A stretch of DNA of 64,000 nucleotides, taken from assembly GCA_963695315.1 (NCBI GenBank), contig OY968773.1, positions 3,924,963-3,988,962 on the forward strand. Direction: 5' to 3'. Each line of letters begins with the position of its first letter. The stretch's first letter is position 1. Positions 35,679 through 43,957 of this stretch are shown here, piece by piece. The translations under genes and the position numbers were made by a program. Origin of the DNA: an uncultured Gammaproteobacteria bacterium (lineage in GTDB: Bacteria > Pseudomonadota > Gammaproteobacteria > Steroidobacterales > Steroidobacteraceae). The notes under the pieces are model-generated. The model made no database searches. It was not told the DNA's origin and saw only the letters and a list, made by a program, of their open reading frames with translations.

Positions 35679-36689
35679 ATGGACCTTGCCAGGATCCTCC
35701 CGGGACAGTTGCGCGTAATCGGCGTTGCGGTTGTGGCCGCTTGGGCGCTCAGCGCAAGTGGCTCAGCATCGGCCGCTGGCGACAGTGGCTATACCGTGCA
35801 GAGCCGCTGGCCTGTTAGTGGTGAGGGCAAGTGGGATTTCCTCGTAGTCGACGACGTTCATAATCGACTTTTTGTCTCGCGCGCAACGCGCGTGCAAGTG
35901 ATTGATCTCACCACCGGCAAGCTGCTGAGCGAGATCGCCAATACGTCAGGCGTCCATGGCATTGCACTCGCCGCGGAGCTCAAACGCGGCTTCACCAGCA
36001 ACGGCAAGGCGAACTCCGTGACGGTGTTCGACCTGGAATCGCTCGCGACCCTCGGCGAGGTGAAGATCTCGGGCGATGATCCGGATGCGATTGTCTATGA
36101 CGCGTTCTCGCGGCACGTCTATGCCTTTAACGGCCACAGCAACAACGCTACCGTGATCGATGCCGCCACCGCCAAGGAAGTGGGCAGCGTGGCCCTGCCT
36201 GGCCGGCCGGAGTTCGCGGTAAGCGATGCAAAGGGTCTGATTTTCGTCAATCTCGAGGACAAGAACGCGCTCGCCGTGGTTGACGTCGCGCAGAACGCGG
36301 TGCGCGCGACCTGGCCGCTCGCGCCCTGTGATGGCCCGACCGGCCTTGCGCTCGATGCGGCACGACATCGCCTGTTCTCCGTCTGTCACAATCAGCGCCT
36401 TATCGTCACGGATAGCGAATCGGGTAAACAAATCGCGAACTTGCCGATTGGCGCGCACGTCGATGCTGCCGCTTTTGATGCCCAAACTTTGCGGGTGTTC
36501 GCATCCAACGGCGATAGTGCCGACGTAACGGTTGTGCTGGAGGAGTCCGCGGACAAGTACTCGGTCCGGGGCAGTCTGGCAACGGCGGCCGGGGCGAAAA
36601 CCATGGCGCTCGATCCGAAGTCGCACAAGCTCTATTTGCCAGCGCTGACGCCGCAGGGATTCCAGGTTCTCGTCGCGGTGCCGAACTAG
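35679..36689 (+). CDS. YncE-like YVTN beta-propeller protein (periplasmic)
   Basis: Signal peptide MDLARILPGQLRVIGVAVVAAWALSASGSASA. Repeated strand motifs follow: NRLFVSRA..VQVIDL, VHGIALA, VTVFDL, HVYAFNG..NNATVIDA, LIFVNLEDKNALAVVD, RLFSVCHNQRLIVTD. Confidence 0.7.
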   Translation: MDLARILPGQLRVIGVAVVAAWALSASGSASAAGDSGYTVQSRWPVSGEGKWDFLVVDDVHNRLFVSRATRVQVIDLTTGKLLSEIANTSGVHGIALAAELKRGFTSNGKANSVTVFDLESLATLGEVKISGDDPDAIVYDAFSRHVYAFNGHSNNATVIDAATAKEVGSVALPGRPEFAVSDAKGLIFVNLEDKNALAVVDVAQNAVRATWPLAPCDGPTGLALDAARHRLFSVCHNQRLIVTDSESGKQIANLPIGAHVDAAAFDAQTLRVFASNGDSADVTVVLEESADKYSVRGSLATAAGAKTMALDPKSHKLYLPALTPQGFQVLVAVPN

Positions 36690-36911
36690 TTGACCGTTGC
36701 GCCGGGCGTGCGGGCTGCGTGCGCGCGCTTCTTGCCATCTGGCGGCGGCGGCGGCGGGATTTCTTTACCCTCGTCCCGCGCGCGAAGCTCAAACCGTTTT
36801 GAAGCGGGCTGCGCGTACTGCACACCCTATAAAAAGAGTTGCGGGCGGCCGACCATGCGGGGACGGCTGTCATAGATCAGCAACGTGGGCCGCCTAACCT
36901 AACGTGGCGCC

Positions 36912-39752
36912 ATGAAAAATGAAGAATTCCCGAAGCGCGTCCTTAGCGCCGCAGCCGCGATCTATACCTTGTCTGCGGCTGCTTACGCCAATGCCGCAGT
37001 CGTGTCAGGTCATGTCGAGGGCGGCGCCGAACAGCCCGTCGCGGGCGCGCGCATCGAGATCGAGGAATTGCACCGGAGTGTGACCGCAGGAGCAGGCGGC
37101 GAATTTCAATTCAGCGGCGTCCCCGACGGGCACTACACGCTGCGTATCGTTGCGCCGGGCAGTAACGCCAGGCCGGTTGAAAAGCGTCTGGACGTGGCGG
37201 GTGAGGAAGTCAAGATCGCCGACGTGGTTCTCGAGGCGGCCGCCCCCGGCGGCGCGGGCGCGCTCACCATCGTCGTCACCGCCAAGCGGGCTCTCGACGA
37301 AGCTGCCCGCGAGGTGGAGTTTCAAGCGCCGAATATCATCTCAGTGGTCACGGCGGAGGAGATACGCAAACTACCGGACGTGAGTGCGGCCGAGGCCGTG
37401 CGGCGCCTGCCGGGCGTGTCGGCGGAAAACGATACGGGGGAGGCGCGCTTCATCAATATTCGCGGCCTCGACTCCGATCTCAACGGCACAACCTTCGCGG
37501 GCGTGCGCCTGCTGCCGACAAATCCATCCTCGCCCCTGGGTGGCGGCCGCGCCGTCGCCTTCGACACCATCCCGGCCGGCCTCATCGGCTCCATGACGGT
37601 GACCAAGACAAATACGCCCGAGATGGACGCCGAAGCGCTCGGCGGCACGATCGAGATTACGCCGAAGCGCCTCGGGCCCGATGACGCTGCCTTCGTGTCT
37701 GGTCGCGTGGGATCGGGCTACGAGCCGCTGCGCGGCACGAAGGTCGGCGACTTCGAACTCGCAGGCGGCACGCGCTTCGGCTTCGGCGACGGCGCGACCC
37801 CGTTTTCGGCGGTCGGCAGCATTGCCTACTACGTCGACCGGCGTGGCATCGATGATCTGGAAGAGTCCTATGTCGACAACCAGGCGGGCGGCATTCCGGA
37901 TAAGGCCTTCAACGACCTCGAGGAGCGCTACTACCAGCTGCAGCGCAAGCGTCTTGGGTTCGGCGGCGAGCTTGCCTATCAGCCGAACGAGAGGCACCGC
38001 TGGTACCTCGATGCCTACCAATCGGGATACGTTGAGGACCAGAACAAGGACTACCTTGTCACCACGTTCAACGGCAATCCAACCGTGTCCGCCACCAATC
38101 CGAATGTGTTCACGGACACCGTCACCGAGTTCGACCGGGACAACCACGACCATACCGAGACGCTGCGCGCACGCCTCTACTCGTTCGGCGGACGCGACGA
38201 GCTCGGCTCCTCCGTGGTCGACTACCGCCTGAGCTACACCGAGGGGCGCTACATCGTTTCCAAGGATTTGAGCTGGGACTTCGAGGCCCCCGGCGGCCAG
38301 GCCATCACTTACGACAACACCACGCGACCGAATTGGCCGAGCTTTGAAGTCGGCGCCGGCGCAAATCCGCTCAACCCGGCTGCGTACACGCTGGCGAGCG
38401 TCAGTAACGGCAGCGAGAACGATCTGGACAAGGAGTTCTCCACGGTCATCAATTGGGCGTTGCCGGTGCACCTCTTCGGAGCGAGCGAAGAGTTCAAAAT
38501 CGGCGCCAGCGCGCGGCTGCGCGGCAAGACGCTCGCGCCGCTCACGCTCAATTATCTCAGCCAGCCGGACGTGCCGCTCTCGCAATACGTCGATGGCAAT
38601 TACATCACCTACTACGCCCACCACTACTCCATCGGCTATGACTTCAATGTTCCGGCGCTCGAGGCACTCTACAACTCGGGCCAGGGTTTCGTGCCGGACA
38701 CCGTCGGCAATGCTTTGGCGAATGCGCAAAGCTGGCAACACAATCGTGAAGATGTCTACGCGACGTATGCCCAGTACCATTATGCAAACGGCCCGTGGGG
38801 CGTGCTCGCCGGGGTGCGTGTCGAGCAAACGCGGGCAAGCTATCAAGCGAATGCGTTCAACGCCGACAGCAACGCGTTCCTCGGCGTAAACACTCAGGAC
38901 AATACTTACACCAACGCTTTTCCGACCTTGCAGGTGCGCTACCAATTCGATCCCACGCTGATAGCGCGCGCGAGCCTGTCTTCGGCGATCGCTCGGCCCG
39001 GCTTCCAGCAGATCACCGCCGCCATCTCGCTCAGCCCCTCGACGAGCACCATCACCCAAGGCAATCCGGAACTAAAGCCGACCACCGGTTACAATCTTGA
39101 TCTTGCCGTCGATAAGTACTTTGAAAGCGGCGGCATGCTCAGCGTCGGAGCGTTTGCCAAAGCCCTGCACGACTACATCACCAGCACCGGCTATCGCATC
39201 GAAGCGAGCGACTTGCCGCCGGACCCGATCTACAAGGGATTCACCGGTGTTGTGCAGGTCACGAGCTTCGCCGACATCTCCGCGGCGCATGTGGCGGGCA
39301 CCGAGCTTGCTTGGGAACAGCAGTTCAAGGACCTGCCGGGATTCTGGAGCGGTTTTGGCGCAGGTGGAAACTGGACCTGGGTGAGCTCGAGCGGCGATAT
39401 ACGCCCGGGCCGCAGCACGATCCTGCCGAGCACAGCGCGCGACACGGCGAATGCCGAACTTTTCTACCTGAAATACGGCTTCGGCATGAAACTCGCGGCT
39501 TATTACACCTCGCGCGTGCTTTTCACGCCCAACACGAGCGATCCAACCGGCTATACCGACGTTTACCAGTCGCCGCGCTTCATGCTCGATCTCGGGTCGA
39601 CCTACGCGCTCAACAAGAACGCGGGTATTTACGTCAATTTGAAAAATCTGACGAACGACGCCATGCGTTACTCCGAGGGGCCTGACGACCGCCCCATCCA
39701 ACGCGAGTTTTATGGGATCACGATCCAGGCAGGCGTGGACTTTCAGCTCTAG
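36912..39752 (+). CDS. TonB-dependent receptor with an N-terminal carboxypeptidase-regulatory-like domain
   Basis: Intact 946 aa. Signal peptide, then a CarboxypepD_reg-like segment (VSGHVEG...GEFQFSGVPDGHYTLRIVAPG). Plug domain: NIISVVTAEEIRKLPDVSAAEAVRRLPGVS, ARFINIRGLDSDLNGTTFAGV. Long beta-barrel. Confidence 0.9.
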   Translation: MKNEEFPKRVLSAAAAIYTLSAAAYANAAVVSGHVEGGAEQPVAGARIEIEELHRSVTAGAGGEFQFSGVPDGHYTLRIVAPGSNARPVEKRLDVAGEEVKIADVVLEAAAPGGAGALTIVVTAKRALDEAAREVEFQAPNIISVVTAEEIRKLPDVSAAEAVRRLPGVSAENDTGEARFINIRGLDSDLNGTTFAGVRLLPTNPSSPLGGGRAVAFDTIPAGLIGSMTVTKTNTPEMDAEALGGTIEITPKRLGPDDAAFVSGRVGSGYEPLRGTKVGDFELAGGTRFGFGDGATPFSAVGSIAYYVDRRGIDDLEESYVDNQAGGIPDKAFNDLEERYYQLQRKRLGFGGELAYQPNERHRWYLDAYQSGYVEDQNKDYLVTTFNGNPTVSATNPNVFTDTVTEFDRDNHDHTETLRARLYSFGGRDELGSSVVDYRLSYTEGRYIVSKDLSWDFEAPGGQAITYDNTTRPNWPSFEVGAGANPLNPAAYTLASVSNGSENDLDKEFSTVINWALPVHLFGASEEFKIGASARLRGKTLAPLTLNYLSQPDVPLSQYVDGNYITYYAHHYSIGYDFNVPALEALYNSGQGFVPDTVGNALANAQSWQHNREDVYATYAQYHYANGPWGVLAGVRVEQTRASYQANAFNADSNAFLGVNTQDNTYTNAFPTLQVRYQFDPTLIARASLSSAIARPGFQQITAAISLSPSTSTITQGNPELKPTTGYNLDLAVDKYFESGGMLSVGAFAKALHDYITSTGYRIEASDLPPDPIYKGFTGVVQVTSFADISAAHVAGTELAWEQQFKDLPGFWSGFGAGGNWTWVSSSGDIRPGRSTILPSTARDTANAELFYLKYGFGMKLAAYYTSRVLFTPNTSDPTGYTDVYQSPRFMLDLGSTYALNKNAGIYVNLKNLTNDAMRYSEGPDDRPIQREFYGITIQAGVDFQL

Positions 39753-39766
39753 GCAGACAGTCTTCG

Positions 39767-40777
39767 CTAGCGGGCGTTGGCGCGCACGTCGAAGGAGTCC
39801 TTGCGGGCGTAAGTGTGCGGCGTTGGCGCGTCGTAATCCTCAAGCCTGAACATCTCGCCGCGCAGATGTCCGCCCTCCAGGGTAAATCGCACGTAATGGA
39901 AATTGGGGAAGCCCGGATCCTGGTACAGGTCGGAGGGGGCGCGCACCACCGGTACGGGATGGGCGCCGCCACCTCCCGAGACCAGATACACAATGCCGTC
40001 CTGTTCGCGCCGCTCGTAGTTATGAATATGACCGGCGCAGACGATGAAGCGCGCGTGGCTGCGCGCTGCGGCTTGCTTCAGATATTCGGCGAGCGCGAGC
40101 TCATTGGGACGCGGATTGTGGCTCGCTCTGTCGTCGGTCTGCAGGTCCGCAACCGGCGGGTGGTGTAAGAAGATAAAGACGAAATCGACCGCGCGCGGCA
40201 GACCCGCGAGTTGCGCCTCGAGCCACGCGCGCTGCTCGCTGCCGTTGTCCAGCGAGGTATCCGTGTCGAGCGCGATCGCAAGCAGCTGCGCGCCCACGGC
40301 CACCGAATACCAGCGCTTGCCGCGAAAGGCCGGAAAGGCTGTCCACCAGTTCTCAAGACAGGTCGCTTCGGCACACTGTGCAAACTCGTGGTTGCCGAAT
40401 GCCGGATACACGTGTAGCCCGCGCTCGCGCCAAATCACGGTTTCGCTCTTCATGACCTCATAGTCGCCCATGTTACCGCCGTGCCAAGGGACATCGCCGT
40501 TCAAGAACACGGCGGCCGGCGCCTCGGCCGCCACCTGCATGACAAGGGCCTGGCGCGCAGCAGGCGAGCTTGCGTCTTTCTCGGTCGTGGCGGTGAAGCG
40601 CATATCGCCGTAGGCGATGAAGCGCAGCGCGCCGCTCGGCGCCGGCTCCAAGCGATAAGTTGGCAAACTTGCTGTATCGGCGCTCCAAGCGGTAGCGCTA
40701 TTGCCGGCGAGCAAGCCGACTGCAATCAGCGTGCCGGTACGTAGATAGACCTTCATGGCTGCTCGTGGGTTACTCAT
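39767..40777 (-). CDS. Secreted metallophosphoesterase (calcineurin-like)
   Basis: Signal peptide, then the motifs YGDMR, NGDVPWHG, GNHEF, IFLHHPP and GHIHNYER. Confidence 0.8.
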   Translation of the reverse strand: MSNPRAAMKVYLRTGTLIAVGLLAGNSATAWSADTASLPTYRLEPAPSGALRFIAYGDMRFTATTEKDASSPAARQALVMQVAAEAPAAVFLNGDVPWHGGNMGDYEVMKSETVIWRERGLHVYPAFGNHEFAQCAEATCLENWWTAFPAFRGKRWYSVAVGAQLLAIALDTDTSLDNGSEQRAWLEAQLAGLPRAVDFVFIFLHHPPVADLQTDDRASHNPRPNELALAEYLKQAAARSHARFIVCAGHIHNYERREQDGIVYLVSGGGGAHPVPVVRAPSDLYQDPGFPNFHYVRFTLEGGHLRGEMFRLEDYDAPTPHTYARKDSFDVRANAR

Positions 40778-41071
40778 TGCACCGTCTCCTCAAGCCTGGA
40801 ACGCGACGGACTGCCACCGTTATCCAGCCGGGTATTCTAAGTTACGTGCGTGACAATGGTGCGAGCGGCCGGCTAAACACGCTGCGGCTGATGTTATTCA
40901 AGAGGAGCTTTGCGGCAGCCTGCAGCCCGGGCGGCGATGCGACGCGTTCAGCAGCCGTCCACTAAGGTCCCCCGGAGCGTAGGCACTTAGTGCGGGGATC
41001 CCCGATCCAAGCGTTGCGTGCTGAGGGCCGAGCTATGATCGCCTCAGTTTTTGATACCCAAGGGGGGCAGC

Positions 41072-41428
41072 ATGCCAAGATTCATTGAGTCCGCCGCAGT
41101 GATCGCTGCCGCCGGCAATCCGCCGAAAAAAATCAGTGAATATATTGGGCGCGTGAAAACGGGGGAAGCCGCCCTCAGCATTGCCCGCATGATCAGTCCC
41201 CCAGGTTGGATTGAGCCGGGACAAACTCCTGACTTCGCAGAGTACTCATTGGTGCTGCAGGGGGTGCTGCGTGTGGAGAGCCGAGATGGAACTGTGGAGG
41301 TTGGCGCAGGGCGGGCTATTGCCCTGAGCCCGGGCGAGTGGGTTCGATATTCCACGCCGCGCGGAGCGGAATACTTGTCGGTCTGTGTCCCGGCATTTAC
41401 ACCGGAAAGTGCGCACCGCGACCCGTAG
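41072..41428 (+). CDS. Cupin domain protein
   Basis: Small beta-barrel-like protein (GWIEPGQTPDFAEYSLVLQGVLRVE...GEWVRYSTP). ATG 41072 is preceded by AAGGGGGG. Confidence 0.6.
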   Translation: MPRFIESAAVIAAAGNPPKKISEYIGRVKTGEAALSIARMISPPGWIEPGQTPDFAEYSLVLQGVLRVESRDGTVEVGAGRAIALSPGEWVRYSTPRGAEYLSVCVPAFTPESAHRDP

Positions 41429-41442
41429 TCGCTGACAGACCA

Positions 41443-42240
41443 TCACGCGGCATCATGGAAGATGATCCCGAGAGTATGGCGTTTGCCTGTTCGTAGGCGG
41501 CTGACGCCGTGACGCATCGCGACCCGATAGTGTCCGCGGACGCCTTTTACGGGTCGATGATTGACAGCGAAAGCGACCCCATCGCCTTGCCGCAGAGGCA
41601 CGACCTGTACTCGTGACTGCATGCGTGGGCGCTGCTCGGTCAACACGAACTCGCCGCCGCTGAAGTCGCGCCCAGGGGCACAAAGCAGGAAGGCAACCTG
41701 CAGCGGAAACACATGCTCGCCGTAGAGGTCCTGGTGCAGGCAGTTGTAGTCATTCTCGCCGTATTGCAGGAGTAGTGGCGTCGGCCGCTCTTGGCCGGCG
41801 TTGTGACAACGCCGTAGAAACTGCGCATGCTGGGGCGGGTAGCGCATGCCGGTTCCGAGCAGCGCATTCCAGCGATTGGCAATGGGAACCAGGTATTGGT
41901 ACAGCCCCGTGCGCAAGGTGGCGATCATCTTGGGCAGCGGATAGCTTAAATACTTGTATTCGCCGCGGCCAAATCCATGACGACGCATCACGACTCGGCT
42001 GCGAAAGCAACCATCCTGTGCATATAACGCTGAGAGTGCGTGGCACTCGGCAGGACTCAGAAGGCTCTCGAACAGGGCACAGCCCTGCTGGTCGAGTTCC
42101 TCGGACACCGCCCCCCAGTCGATCGCGCTCAGGCGATCCGCAATGTCGTCTGCCGGGATTTTCCTGATGGACCTTGCAGTCACTGCTTTTGCACCCACGT
42201 TTAAAATGCCATTCTTACCGATGGGCCAGTCTAAGAGCAC
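41443..42240 (-). CDS. 2OG-Fe(II) oxygenase, of the family predicted to act on damaged nucleic acid (from memory PF09859-like)
   Basis: RHGFGRGEYKYLSYPLP, TPLLLQYGENDYNCLHQDLYGEHVFPLQVAFLL, GGEFVLTEQRPRMQSR, RHGVSRLRTGKRHTLGIIFHDA (HxD...H...R). The start is uncertain (GTG 42240). Confidence 0.75.
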   Translation of the reverse strand: MLLDWPIGKNGILNVGAKAVTARSIRKIPADDIADRLSAIDWGAVSEELDQQGCALFESLLSPAECHALSALYAQDGCFRSRVVMRRHGFGRGEYKYLSYPLPKMIATLRTGLYQYLVPIANRWNALLGTGMRYPPQHAQFLRRCHNAGQERPTPLLLQYGENDYNCLHQDLYGEHVFPLQVAFLLCAPGRDFSGGEFVLTEQRPRMQSRVQVVPLRQGDGVAFAVNHRPVKGVRGHYRVAMRHGVSRLRTGKRHTLGIIFHDAA

Positions 42241-42450
42241 TTTGGATCTTGCGGTCGAATTGAAACGCTGGCTTGGCGAACTCGTTTCGCCGCAGCGGTC
42301 GCAAGCGAGCAGCTAGCGCGAGAGCTCGGCAGACAATAAAATCAAGTTTCCGGGTGCTCCGAGGTTCGCTCGTGAGTGCCGGCAGCTCGGAAGCCACCGG
42401 CTTTTCTTGTTACTGGCGCATCCCCACTTGGCGGTGCGCGGGCGTTTACG

Positions 42451-43248
42451 ATGAAGATCTATTCGTGGAATGTGAACGGTATCCGTGCCGTCCTGCGCAA
42501 GGAGCAGTTTCAGCCTTTTCTCAAGACACACCAGCCCGACATCCTGTGCCTGCAGGAGACCAAGGCGGCGCGCGGTCAGATTGAGATCGATCTGCCCGGT
42601 TATCACGAATACTGGAACTCGGCCGTCAAGAAGGGATATTCCGGCACAGCAATCTTTTCCAAAGAGCGGCCAATCACCGTGACCAACGGATTTCCCAATG
42701 CATTCGCCAAGCAATTTAGATTTGCCGACGAGCTGAAGAGGGATAGTAGTGAGGAAGGGCGCGTTATTACCGCGGAATTCAAGCACTTCTACGTCGTCAC
42801 CGTTTACACGCCGAATACGAAGGACGACTTGAGCCGCTTACCGTTGCGATTTGGCCACTGGGATCCCGCATTTCTTGCTTACTGCAGTCAACTCGGAAAG
42901 GCCAAGCCGGTCATTTTTTGCGGCGATCTCAATGTGGCCCATACCGAGCATGATCTCGCCCATCCCAAGGCGAACCGAGGGAAAAAGGGCTTCACCGAAG
43001 AGGAGCGCAAGGGGTTTCAGAACATCTTGGATGCAGGTTTCGTCGACACCTTTCGGCTGTTCAAGCAGGGCAACGGACATTACACCTGGTGGAGTCCCTT
43101 CTCCAATGCGCGCGCGCGCAATATCGGGTGGCGCATCGATTACATGCTGGTGTCCCAGCAGTTGCGCAATGCGGTTCAATCCGCGCACATCCATGCGGAC
43201 GTGCTGGGCAGCGATCACTGCCCCATCAGCATCTCACTCAATCTTTGA
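42451..43248 (+). CDS. xthA: Exodeoxyribonuclease III
   Basis: MKIYSWNVNGIRAVL...PDILCLQETK...VVTVYTPN...FCGDLNVAH...WRIDYMLVS...GSDHCPISISL. Confidence 0.9.
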   Translation: MKIYSWNVNGIRAVLRKEQFQPFLKTHQPDILCLQETKAARGQIEIDLPGYHEYWNSAVKKGYSGTAIFSKERPITVTNGFPNAFAKQFRFADELKRDSSEEGRVITAEFKHFYVVTVYTPNTKDDLSRLPLRFGHWDPAFLAYCSQLGKAKPVIFCGDLNVAHTEHDLAHPKANRGKKGFTEEERKGFQNILDAGFVDTFRLFKQGNGHYTWWSPFSNARARNIGWRIDYMLVSQQLRNAVQSAHIHADVLGSDHCPISISLNL

Positions 43249-43751
43249 GTGCGCGACTCGCAGGCGCGCTCACTCACTCTTTAGGCGCATACCTCGCATG
43301 ACATTGCCATTAGTTCATAGGGCTTGCGGCCCATGACCAGCACTTCTATGACTTTCAGGGTAGTCATCGATTGAAACGGGCATTTGAAGGATGACCTTCC
43401 TCATGCCTGCGTCTCCCAAGTGTCCCCTCCGCTAATCTGTCGATTGAACATATCGCGCGACGTGAGCGCTGCAAGAATTGTGATTCACAACCGCGCGCCC
43501 GCAACACATTGAGCATGGAATGCCCCCACTACGGAGCAGCTCGTGCAATGCGGCGCCTGCTGACCCGAATGCGGTGGAGATGCGTCTGCTGAGGTCTCGC
43601 AGGCAACAGGGAAGTGTCCGGCACCCAATTTATTGGCGACAACGGCAACCAATCTGCGTTGGCCGCGCGGCCGCGGCTTCTCGTGTGCGCAGCAGCGCAA
43701 AGATAACCCGGGTGCTGGATCGGCGCCCTTGAAGGTCTAGAGGTACTCGTC

Positions 43752-43940
43752 ATGAGAATTACGAAGCTTCCATTTGGAACTCCCACTGTGGTCGCGCTCG
43801 CAGTACTTGCCGCGCTGCTAAGTTCATGCGGCGGATCGAGCGGCACCACTGCCGCGGCACCCACGCCCCCTGCCGCTGCCATCACGGGGTTAGCGATGCC
43901 TACCAAGGTGTCTGTTGTTACCGCGACCAACGTGCAGTAG
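43752..43940 (+). CDS. Small predicted lipoprotein (mature part about 37 aa)
   Basis: MRITKLPFGTPTVVALAVLAALLSSC with lipobox LSSC, then a Gly/Ser/Thr/Ala/Pro linker. AGAGG lies upstream of the ATG. No similarity was recognised. Confidence 0.5.
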   Translation: MRITKLPFGTPTVVALAVLAALLSSCGGSSGTTAAAPTPPAAAITGLAMPTKVSVVTATNVQ

Positions 43941-43957
43941 TCATCGGGAGATCCATC

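Noticed and set aside
36690-36911. The 222-nt leader upstream of the TonB-dependent receptor as a possible riboswitch (cobalamin, TPP) or Fur-regulated promoter. It also contains a (GGC)5 microsatellite at 36741..36755.
   Set aside because: No B12-box-like, TPP-like or Fur-box-like sequence could be recognised by eye. Five triplets is too short to argue for phase variation. A covariance-model scan would be needed to say more.
43826-43957. The upstream extension of the large-protein ORF (from 43826), and the idea that the mini-lipoprotein and the 774-aa protein are one gene split by a stop or frameshift.
   Set aside because: The extension translates to a Cys/His/Arg-rich non-protein-like peptide. 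The downstream gene has its own ribosome-binding site and a complete signal peptide starting at 43958.
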